Source: Trichinella spiralis (taxonomy: Eukaryota). From it: DNA of 20,000 nucleotides. Positions 1 through 9,391 of the stretch are shown here, in pieces (within the stretch, counting starts at the first letter, position 1; every line of letters starts with the position of its first letter). Both the position numbers and the translations under genes were made by a program. The notes under the pieces were generated by a model. That model was not told the origin of the DNA and searched no databases. It was given only the letters and a program-made list of their open reading frames with translations. The stretch spans positions 314,085 through 334,084 of the forward strand of contig NW_003526948.1 in the NCBI RefSeq assembly GCF_000181795.1. The letters run 5' to 3'.

Positions 1-47
1 ATTGTTGATTAAATTAATAAAAATTGGTTTAATTAAACTTTTTTTAG

Positions 48-141
48 GGGAACGGAGGGTCGTTCGTCAGAAAACGGTATTCAGTACTTGGGAATCCATA
101 CAGGCAGACACTGTACCGGTTGATTTGGGTGATGAATATCC
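48..141 (+). CDS. ppk-1: PIP5K1 exon (kinase insert region, ERRVVRQKTVFSTWESIQADTVPVDLGDEYP)
   Basis: Acceptor tttttag at 41-47 and donor gtaag at 142. The phase-2 end joins the next exon in frame. Confidence 0.85.
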
Positions 142-1032
142 GTAAGAAGTTTTTTCTATATTGAACAAACAGTTCAATTCGTGTGATAATTTGAATTTTG
201 TCTTTTTTGCAGTGCGGGAGGAATATTCGGTTTGAATGCAAAAGGCGATCGTGTGTTGATATTTTTAGGCATAATTGATATTTTGCAGAATTATCGTTTA
301 TTTAAAAAAATAGAGCATTCGTGGAAAAGTCTAATGCACGATGGTGTACGTGAATATTTGTCGTGCTTGTTATTTGGTGAATGTATATTTATGTATATCG
401 ATCGATTTTAGGATTCAATATCTGTGCATCATCCAAACTTTTATGCTAATCGTTTCAAAGATTTCATGGCCAACAATGTTTTCAAACGTGATACGTTTCG
501 TATGTGTTTTGGGAAAATTTTGCAAAGTCAGAATAGAATAAACCTTAATTAGAATAGGAATTTTTATTTAGCTGTGAAGCATTCTTCATCGAAGAAAAAA
601 ATGCAAAAGAAGAGTACAAACGTCATTGCAGAGGATAGTCAGCAAACACTTCATTACGGACATGTTTCACCGTCTGCCTTTGCATCCGAGTCAAGTAGAG
701 AGCAATGGGGTTGTAATATTTTAAAGCACTCTGATATGATTAAATTCAATTTAGCTTCCAAGCCAGACATTGTGCCAACGTTACTTGAAGCCTCATTTTC
801 TGAAGATAAATCGGCATTCGATGTCGATAGATCAATATCTGAATTGCCATCGTTGTCCAAAGATGATTCTTCAGAATGGTATGCAAACACGCAGATGTAG
901 AGCTGATTGATTGATTGTTTTATTTTCTTAAATTTTTAAAATAATATTTTTTTTGATTTCAGTTCTTTACGAGAAATTAGGAAAAGAGAACTCGACAGAC
1001 TGTTTGCAGCTGATAGCAAAAACACCCGTTGA
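48..1032 (+). CDS. ppk-1: Type I phosphatidylinositol-4-phosphate 5-kinase, 3' part (5' end lies outside the window). Exons 48..141, 213..345, 412..499, 572..878, 963..1032
   Basis: Manual splicing gives ...DEYPAGGIFGLNAKGDRVLIFLGIIDILQNYRLFKKIEHSWKSLMHDGDSISVHHPNFYANRFKDFMANNVFK...PVKHSSSKKK. This matches the PIP5K1 C-lobe signature (GIIDILQ-YR--KK-EH-WK-L-HDGD--SVH-P-FY--RF). All introns are GT-AG and phase-consistent (2,0,1,2). Confidence 0.93.
213..345 (+). CDS. ppk-1: PIP5K1 exon carrying the GIIDILQ motif and activation loop
   Basis: Acceptor ttttgcag at 205-212 and donor gtacgt at 346. Encodes AGGIFGLNAKGDRVLIFLGIIDILQNYRLFKKIEHSWKSLMHDG. Confidence 0.95.
412..499 (+). CDS. ppk-1: PIP5K1 exon, end of kinase domain
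   Basis: Acceptor ttttag at 406-411 and donor gtatgt at 500. Encodes DSISVHHPNFYANRFKDFMANNVFKRDTF. Confidence 0.95.
572..878 (+). CDS. ppk-1: PIP5K1 C-terminal tail exon (Ser-rich); reads through to the stop at 900 if the next intron is retained
   Basis: Acceptor tatttag at 565-571, phase 1. Same frame as ORF 574..900. Candidate donor gtatgc at 879. Confidence 0.8.
963..1032 (+). CDS. ppk-1: PIP5K1 probable terminal exon (SLREIRKRELDRLFAADSKNTR*)
   Basis: Strong acceptor ttttttgatttcag ending at 962. Phase matches the donor at 879. TGA at 1030-1032, with AATAAA downstream at 1355-1360. Confidence 0.6.
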
Positions 1033-1354
1033 CCAACTGCAACTACTACTACTATTGACCTATTCTCATAAAACGACCCGACTGTTGGTTACACTGTTAT
1101 TATCATCATCATGATTATTATTTTTTTATTTTTTAAAGTGAAACCATTGCCATGTTTTACAGCATCATTGTTTTAATTATTGAAAAGAAAAATTTTTTTA
1201 TCTTTTGACAAATTATGTAGAATGAGGAGAAATTGCATATGTTGCTTGTTTTTATCAGTCGGTTACTTTGTGCTTTTCTGTGCAAGTTGAACATTCCTCG
1301 TCACTGCGGTCGTATAAATTGCTATTTTCTTGTTATCCCATATGCTATCCAGTA

Positions 1355-1360
1355 AATAAA
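1355..1360 (+). terminator. Candidate polyadenylation signal of the PIP5K gene
   Basis: AATAAA about 320 nt after the predicted stop. Confidence 0.4.
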
Positions 1361-1607
1361 TATTGCTGCAATGCAGAAATTGAGTTGATCGATATGGATT
1401 GATCAATGTGTTGCACGTATTTCTTTCTAGATGTTTGTACACGTTTGTATTACGTAATTGCGGTTGGCGATGTAGGATTTCGATCAGTAAGTTTGAATAA
1501 TTATTTACTGGTCAGCTGTTGTGCCTATATACATTTGAATGAATATTATAAGTAATGCTTATTTTTCATAAATAATAATAATAATTATTATTATTGCCGT
1601 TGCCCCT

Positions 1608-1628
1608 GTTGTTGTTGTTGTTGTTGTT
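1608..1628. repeat. (GTT)n microsatellite
   Basis: Directly visible; about 7 units. Confidence 0.85.
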
Positions 1629-1662
1629 TTCACTTAAGCATGAACATTGATTTTCAGATGAT

Positions 1663-2425
1663 TTATTTCAATTGAGCGCGTTCAAGAGCGTTGTTATTGG
1701 AAGTGAAGCTGGCAGAAATGAATTTACATGCTACTTTTCATTTGGGAGTTTTTCCAAAGTGAATTAATTGATGACATTTTGCAAATTTGCCATCATTATT
1801 TCAGGTTGATCAATCCCCTTTGCATTGCAATGTTGATACTACGTTTTGCATTGACTCACCGAATGACTGACATTTTTGCCAATTGCCTTGAATAATTCAC
1901 TTCCGGTAAGAGGAAATTGTGCTTTGTTTTTGCTTCTTTCCCCTCAGCACGCCATCTCAGTGGATTGCTGTTTGAGAAAGTTGAGCTTCTTTCTACTGAT
2001 GTTATGAAAAATTCAAAGCTATCTTCAGCTGTTCCTAATTTTGCATTATTGAATTCATACAGCAGTTCTGAAGATTTATTTTTTTTAATTTTATCACTTT
2101 AAACTCTTTTTATTTTTTTAATCTCGCTACTTTGCAAAATAATTGAAAAGGTAATTTTGTCAAGCAGGCTTGTGTTTGCTTGTATACACATCTGTTCTAT
2201 TAAACAGCAAAATGGGAAATTTTTATTGTGCATTATTATGAGAGATTACTCTTTATTGTTAAACTTGTATGATGCTTTCAATTTGGATGATTCATTTGTA
2301 AACGTAAAAATTTGCTGATCATTTCAATTTTGCATACACAATGACGACGATATTTGTCAAATTCCGTTGTCAGCAGTTGCAAATGGCCCGCTTGAGTTTT
2401 GCGAATTTTAAAATTTAATTCGATT
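1663..2425 (-). CDS. Candidate spliced gene of unknown function. Putative exons 2338..~2425, 2131..2191, 1860..2067, 1663..1708
   Basis: Open 208-nt exon between a tcttcag acceptor and a cg|GTGAGT donor. Phase-consistent last exon after tttctgccag, ending in TAA that overlaps AATAAA. No homology recognised and the 5' end is unresolved. Confidence 0.35.
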
Positions 2426-3468
2426 CTATTTCATTATTATCTGTTTTTTTTAATTTTTCCTATTATTTTTTCGAATTTTACCAGTAGCAGTGCGATAAAT
2501 TTATTCCACAGTCATCGTAGAGATTCGATGACGGATGATTTGTCATTTGAAATTCGATATGAAAAACTAATATGGTAGTGTAATTGAATTTTTTTTCAAT
2601 TTAAAAGCAATTTTTTACATTGTTAATTATTTTACACACCGCTGAGCGATTTTATTACCGAAGCTGGCATGATCGTGGATGATGATGATACGATTTCAGC
2701 TATTCCGACTTGATGATGAACATTTTAAGTTTTTGCTTTTATTTGTGCAAAAGTTTTGCAGAAAACGATCGACATCTAACTATTCATATGAAATTTTCAA
2801 GTTGCAGTTGCATTTCTTTCTATTTTTTTGGGATTTGAAATTTGAAACTGTAAAGCAGTTGTTCTTTTTATCAAATTTTAAACAAGAATTACCTTTAAAC
2901 AGCAATATTGAAAAAGTAAACGAACAGTTATTAATTTAAAAAAATACATTTATTAATAAAATGAATATTCTGAAAAACAATACCAAAAAGACGATAAATT
3001 TTAAAAGTCTATTAATTTCACTTCATTCAAATTTGATCTGCATACATTTTGCATATTCTACGTTGAAAATTGTGGTTAAATATTTAAAAAAATAAAAAAC
3101 AGTTCAGTTTGTTTCTAATTTAACAATTTTGCACGTTTCAGTTGGGCAAAATGAAGATGGAACGTCATAATTTTGTTCAGCGCTCGACTGAATATTTTTA
3201 AAAGTAAATTCTAAAACTGTTATGCTTTTATAATTGTAAAAATGAAAAAAATCATTTTTCAATTCGCCACTAAATTGCATAATTTGATAAAAATGAACTG
3301 ATAACTATTGAGGTACAGTAAGAATACTGAAAAGCATGTTTGATTTTTTTTTGCTTCAAAAGTACAGTATGAAAATAGTAAATTGTCCGCAACTGTTGGT
3401 AGTGGTTTTTGCTGAAATTTCTGGTTTTTGTTGTTTTGCTTTGTTTTAAAATTGTAAAAAATAAAAAA

Positions 3469-5046
3469 ATGATGGAAGAAAGGGAAATGGAGATTGAGGA
3501 TCCGGTTTACATGTCACCGACCACGGAAAAGATGATTTTTAACCAAGAAGCTGACGAAGAAGAAAGCGCAGTGTTACGGGGTGTGGCGAGTTGGGAGCGA
3601 AGCTCGCAGGGGCAAGCGTCGTTTGGTGTTGGCGTGATGATTCTGGTGAGCACGATCGTCGGAAGTGGGATATTCGTCGCCCCGAAGGGCGTGTATGAGA
3701 ATGCCGGCAGTGTGGGCTTGTCGTTGATTATCTGGGCGCTGAGCGGTGCGTTCAGTGCCGTCGGCGCTTACTGTTACGCCGAACTATGCACACTGATCAG
3801 ACACAGTAGCGGCGACTACGCTTACGCGTTTGCTGCGTTCGGTGGCTGGGTCGGCTTTTTGCGACTCTGGGCCGAGGTAATTCTCATCCGTCCCTGCACC
3901 ATTGCCGTCGTAGCGATGACGTTGGCCATTTACACATTGAAGCCAATTTTTCCGGATGTCAACTGCGATCCTCTGAATCCAGCGGCTCAGCTAATAGCCG
4001 CCGTTTGCATCTTGTTGCTGACGGCATTGAACAGTTTCAGTGCTCGCTGGATAACTCACCTGCAGAACACATTCAACATGGCCAAGCTGATCGCGTTGGC
4101 GTTGATTATCATCACTGGAATAGTTCGACTGTTCGACGTGGACCACAAAGAAGGGAATCCTCAACAACGGGCAATCGCGTTGCGTCATCTCTGGCTCGGA
4201 ACTAGCACCGACGTCAGCAAGATCGCTCTGGCGTTTTATTCAAGTTTGTGGGCGTTCAGCGGTTGGAACCATGTGATGAACTTCATCAGCAAAGAACTGG
4301 AAGAGCCGGCAAAAAAGTTACCAATCGTCATCGCGGTCAGTCTGGCCCTGTGCACCGCGGTCTACTTGATCACCAATGTCATTTTATACGCCAGCTTGTC
4401 TGTTGATGAAATTCTCGGAAGCCCTGCCATAGCGGCCGTTTTCGCCAATCGCTATTACAATAGCATGGCTTGGATGTTGTCCATATTCGTCACTTTGTCC
4501 TGTTTCGATGCGCTGAACGGTATCTTGCTAACTACATCTAGATTGTTTCTGATGGCAGCACGTCAAAACCACATGCCCGAACTGTTGTCCATGACCAACT
4601 TGTACAGACGGACACCGATGCCGGCGGTCATTTTGACCGGCCTGTTGAGCTTGTTCTATTTGGCATTCAGCAGCAACATCTACACACTGATCAACTATGT
4701 GCAATTTGCCAACTGGGTAGCCATTGCGACGGTCACTTTAGCCTTGTTGAAGCTACGGCGAACCATGCCGCAGCGTACATACCGCAGACCGTTGGTGGTC
4801 AATTTGATTTTTCCGGTAGTTCTTCTGATTGGTTGCATATTTTTGCTCATATTCCCGTTGGCCCAGCAACCTATTGACGCGGCAATCTCTCTGGCAATCA
4901 TGCTCACCGGCTTGCCAGTCTATGCTTTCTTCTTCACATACTTATCGAAACAATCGAAACCGGCATCCATGCTCAACTTCATTCAACAATCTAAATTGTT
5001 TTTGCAAAAATTGCTCTTAGTCACTAAAGTTGAACGACGTATTTAA
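3469..5046 (+). CDS. SLC7/LAT-family (APC fold) amino acid transporter light chain, single exon, 525 aa
   Basis: Uninterrupted ORF, visibly GC-richer than its flanks, with about 12 hydrophobic segments. Family motifs: TIVGSGIFVAPKGV, GSVGLSLIIW, GAYCYAEL, GDYAY, FLRLW, AFSGWN, SRLF--AR--H-P, RRTPMPA. The extracellular Cys at 3964-3966 (PIFPDVNCDP) corresponds to the heavy-chain disulfide Cys. First ATG is 3469; the ORF-track start at 3409 is TTG. Confidence 0.95.
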   Translation: MMEEREMEIEDPVYMSPTTEKMIFNQEADEEESAVLRGVASWERSSQGQASFGVGVMILVSTIVGSGIFVAPKGVYENAGSVGLSLIIWALSGAFSAVGAYCYAELCTLIRHSSGDYAYAFAAFGGWVGFLRLWAEVILIRPCTIAVVAMTLAIYTLKPIFPDVNCDPLNPAAQLIAAVCILLLTALNSFSARWITHLQNTFNMAKLIALALIIITGIVRLFDVDHKEGNPQQRAIALRHLWLGTSTDVSKIALAFYSSLWAFSGWNHVMNFISKELEEPAKKLPIVIAVSLALCTAVYLITNVILYASLSVDEILGSPAIAAVFANRYYNSMAWMLSIFVTLSCFDALNGILLTTSRLFLMAARQNHMPELLSMTNLYRRTPMPAVILTGLLSLFYLAFSSNIYTLINYVQFANWVAIATVTLALLKLRRTMPQRTYRRPLVVNLIFPVVLLIGCIFLLIFPLAQQPIDAAISLAIMLTGLPVYAFFFTYLSKQSKPASMLNFIQQSKLFLQKLLLVTKVERRI

Positions 5047-5240
5047 AATAGCAATCAATCTCAGCATATTTTTTTTCTATTTTAATTTTCAATTATTCAG
5101 CTTATCATTCTTCTATTATTCATTACCATTGTCAATTTCATACGGATGCGCACGGTTTAGAACATTCTCTAAACTTAAATTTCACTACTGCCATTCCAGG
5201 AAGCAAAAACATAAAAAAGCAAAACAAATTCCACATTGTC

Positions 5241-5256
5241 AATAAAGCATTTTATT
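5241..5256. terminator. Back-to-back polyadenylation signals (AATAAA on + at 5241-5246, AATAAA on - at 5251-5256)
   Basis: Sequence AATAAAgcatTTTATT about 195 nt downstream of the transporter stop, followed by a T/GT-rich tract. Confidence 0.5.
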
Positions 5257-7306
5257 TTTTTTGTTTACGATTTAGCTCGCTTGAAAATCAACACTCACAT
5301 TTGTCCGGCTTTTGGTCACCAACCCCCAAAGCGCAGCTGCCGGCTTAAAACCGTTCACGCGTTGCTGCTTCTCTTCTCTTAGCCCCTAAAGCATTGCAAC
5401 TGGATTTCATTGGCAACACACATACTTTTGCTAAATATAATGCAAATTTTCCATCACTAAACACAAGTAAGCTATTGTTGAATTTCAATTTCTTCCCATT
5501 CTGCAAGCTTGAACAGCAGCAATACAAGCGTTGTTTATTATTGTGTACCGTTTGATTAGCAGAAACTGGATTTGCATTTTGCTCTTTGCGACTAGCAGTA
5601 AATAAGTAAATAAATAAATTGTTATTTCAACATTGAACAAAAGTTTCTTTCTTATGAAATTTTTTTTATCGCTTCTAATTGTTATTTGGTATTTTTTTAA
5701 TAATAAATATTGTGTTTGCTCAATCACTAGAACAATAAATGAAAAAGTTGCAAAATAATTTCAATATTTATTCAATTGCTCTTGCTGTTGCTGCTTTGTT
5801 TTTTCTTTTTTTATTAAAAAAGGCTTTTGGAATGAATTTATTTACTATTATAGTAAAGCAAAACAAAATTGCTTGATTGATGACTTATCAGACGTCACAG
5901 CTTACTTGCAATGTTAGCTGTTGCAAACAACTGTTGTTCTCACAATAACGCCTTTCATATGCATGAATGACAAATTGCTACAAAAAACTTTATGTCATAG
6001 CTCCTTCTTATAGCAGTGTCACATTTAACTTATGATTAATCGGTATTTGTAATATCATTCAGATCACTTTGAGTTGGTTCTGTTTTCCAATCTGTTAACA
6101 GGTATATTTGTTGTTGTAGGTATATTGCACATGAAAAGCACAGCACTAAGCGACTTAGATACAAGTTTGAGCACGTAAGTACAAACACAAGTTTGATGTG
6201 AAGCTAAAGTGTTGCAGTTTGATGTTAAAATTTGTGTAAAAAATATTTTTTACATGTTTACTGTTGTAAAATGAAAAAAATATTTTTGATGAAAGTAGAT
6301 AAAATAAACTTTCCTCGTATTGAACTTTTTAGAACAAATGTCAGTTTAAATTTAAATTTTCATTTGGAACAACTGATTTGAAAAGTAAATGTGAGTTGAA
6401 AAGAAAATTTAACGTTGTTTTTCTTCATTTTCTTTCTTCGGCTGATGATCATCATTACAGTAATGATGCATTGTCATTGAGTGCATCCATACGCTTGCAA
6501 ACCAGTGTTAAAAGTATCATATTTGCTGCAGATGTTAGCGATGCTTGTTTTTATATTTTTTTAGAAGAAAAATAATAGCATGAATTGAATATTGCACCAA
6601 TGCAGGCAGGATGTGGAACGTGGTCAGTCTGATAAACAGGATATTGAGATTAAAGTTCAATTTAAAAACTGCCACTTTATTTGATCAACGCATAAAAAAT
6701 GTACTTCACATCAGTATCAAAAGCAACATCAGTCAAGGGAAGTTTGGATTATTAAATTTCATTGAATGGAAGCAACTTTATAATTCTCTTCTCCCCTTAC
6801 ATATTTCAAAAGCTTTCATTCTTCAATAGTTTTCAGCTTCGAACTTTTAACTTCCTTGAAATGAACTTTTTTCCTCTGCTTTTGAACAGAAACGCGCTAT
6901 ATTTTTTTTAAATCGCCTTGAATTAAACAAAAAATAGTTTTTCTATAACGTTCAAAATCAACAGTTGCTGGTTGGAAAAAAGAAAGAAATGGTTTATTCG
7001 CTTTTTCATTATACATAGTGAAACATTAATATTTTGTTAAGAAAAATTATTTTTCCTTAATATAAAAAAAATTCAACCGCTTTCATTGGATTAATTTAAT
7101 TTTATTTTTAGTGCAATATATTTGAATAAAAATAAAATTTGGAATACTCGCAAAAATACAGTAAGAAAAATTTGAAATAGTTTAACCTGTAGATCATTAA
7201 TCAAGCTTGACAGTACAATACTTTTGTACAAGGTAGCAATTTTGTACAGGTAACTATGATTCAGTGATTTGCTTGTGTGCCTTATTTACGCAATTTCTCC
7301 GGTCCG

Positions 7307-7420
7307 ATGGAGTACAGCAATTTGGATGAAAAGCACGCAATGCGTGTTCAATTAACGAAGCTGATCGAAGACTGGAATGCCAGCCGGCTTGACTTGTTCG
7401 CTCTTTGTGAACCGAATGAA
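7307..7420 (+). CDS. afd-1: Afadin exon 1 (MEYSNLDEKHAMRVQLTKLIEDWNASRLDLFALCEPNE)
   Basis: ATG at 7307, donor gtaagc at 7421, phase 0. Confidence 0.9.
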
Positions 7421-8314
7421 GTAAGCATTGCATTTGTTGTTTTTGTTCGTAAATTAAAATTAGCTTTGAATTGCGCAAGGATGTTTGTGTGTGTGAAATT
7501 TTGTTTAAATTTATGGTGATCTTTTTTTGCTCATATTGATATTTTACGGAAGATTTCACACGTAAAATGCAGTTTGCATGACTGCTTGAGTTATAGGCAG
7601 TTTCAGAATTGTTGGAAAATGATAAATGCAGTGTGTTATTTTTGTGCGAGTTGAAAATTTTGTTTGTTATTTATAAGTAGAAGAATTAGAAGCTAATGTT
7701 GTTTATGTTTGAGTTTGCTTGAATGTTGAGAATTTTGCTGATTCAGCGTCGGTCGCTTTGTGTAATTTTCTACACGCGCTCGTGAGTGTTTTCTTTAAGA
7801 GCACTTGACCGCGCCTACTCGACTTGCTTTGTAACGCATACCAATCAATTTATTTCTTTTCTGATGGTGATTCAGGTTTTATATGTATATTTATTTTTTT
7901 TCTTCGTTTAATTGTTTGCAATTTTTAAGTCAACTTAGAAAACACTTGGGTAGGTGTAAAGAAACAAGATTAAGAAATAAAATTTTCAATTTTGTCGATG
8001 ATTCACTGAAGAATAGCTACTTTTCATGCTGACCATCTGTTTGCTTAACATTTGACGGACGTACGTTTGTGAAAATTGCTCGTGCAAAGCAGAAGATGAA
8101 TAAGAAAAGTTCAGCTTTTCTTGATGCAACTTTTGTTATCAGAAGCAAAGTGCACTGCTAACATCAGTTGCATTTATTTGAATCAGCTTGCTGTCAACCA
8201 GTGTTTGCCTACAGGCAAGCTGCTTTTGATGAAATATTTTCTTTTTGCAAACAGACAGCGTAATTTGACTGTATCATCCGACAATTTTGCCAATAATTTT
8301 GATTTTCTTTTCAC

Positions 8315-8381
<67 letters not shown>

Positions 8382-9332
8382 TAATGCTTTGAAAATAATC
8401 AAAAAATTAAAACTGTCTGCTTGAATTTTTTCACTTATAAAATTATGATCAAATGCGTCGATGAAAATTTTGTAAATTTCGCTACAGAAAGGATGGAGAA
8501 AAATTTGTGTCGCTTGTATTGCACTTCTTTGCACTGTTACAATCCAAATGTGACCTTCAAACATGTCTGCTATGACCTTCTTAGTATCATGATGGGCATT
8601 GAAGTGAAAAACATTGTCTGCATTGTAAAAAAATAAAATAACAGAATTCATTTGAAGAAAAAAGTTTCATGAAATCAGTTTATGAAAAATGAAAATTCAG
8701 TTTTACTGACCAACAATTTGATAATGCAATTATGATTATTTCACTAATCAATGGCAATGCATTTTTTCAATTCACTATTATAAATACGTACATGTGCGTG
8801 TGTGTGCATGTAATAATTAACGTGTCGTGTTGTTAACCGAAAAGAAAATTTTCTGCGAACTACTTTTTGTCTGACATTTTTGTGTATAGAGGCAATTATT
8901 TAACAATTAAATTTCTAATGAAGATTTTTTTCCAGACTTCTCCAAAAGGATTCTCCATCATTTTGCATAATCTAGTTGTAATTTTTTTGAACCTTCCTTA
9001 ATAAAAGTCTGAACTAGAAGAGCCATTTTTAAAATTGTTCATAATTTTTTTTAATTTTACAACAGGCTATTTGTTCTGACGATGCATTTTTATAAATTAT
9101 TATTATAAGAATTGTAATTTTTTCTACACTTGCAGCTGATTGCATTTTGGATTTCAATTTTGATTTGCGCTTTCGATCTGAATTACATTTTTGATTTTGA
9201 CATTATCTTATTTTACTATTATAATTATGAATGTTTGTTGAAACTTTGTCTAAGCTTACTGTTGTTATGATGTGGATAAGTGGACAATGTTCAACTTTGC
9301 AATTGAACAATGAACATCGAAGTATTGATTCG

Positions 9333-9391
<59 letters not shown>

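Noticed and set aside
1658..1947. Plus-strand exon-like pieces (1658..1758, 1805..1905) as an alternative PIP5K tail
   Set aside because: The implied introns of 46 and 42 nt are shorter than every confident intron in the window. The pieces lie beyond the poly(A) signal at 1355 and overlap a better minus-strand model.
3409..3468. Signal-peptide-like N-terminal extension MLKFLVFVVLLCFKIVKNKK of the transporter ORF
   Set aside because: It starts at TTG in a T-rich 5' region. The first ATG is 3469, and LAT light chains have a cytosolic N-terminus.
6820..6897. Minus-strand peptide RVSVQKQRKKVHFKEVKSSKLKTIEE* containing an RVxF-like PP1 motif
   Set aside because: It is only about 26 codons, has a weak A-rich acceptor, and has no linkable upstream exon.
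8121..8651. ORFs with poly-I/S or poly-T/N tracts in afadin intron 1
   Set aside because: Their length is partly due to the (TAT)n(TAG)n microsatellite; there is no recognisable homology or coherent splice model.
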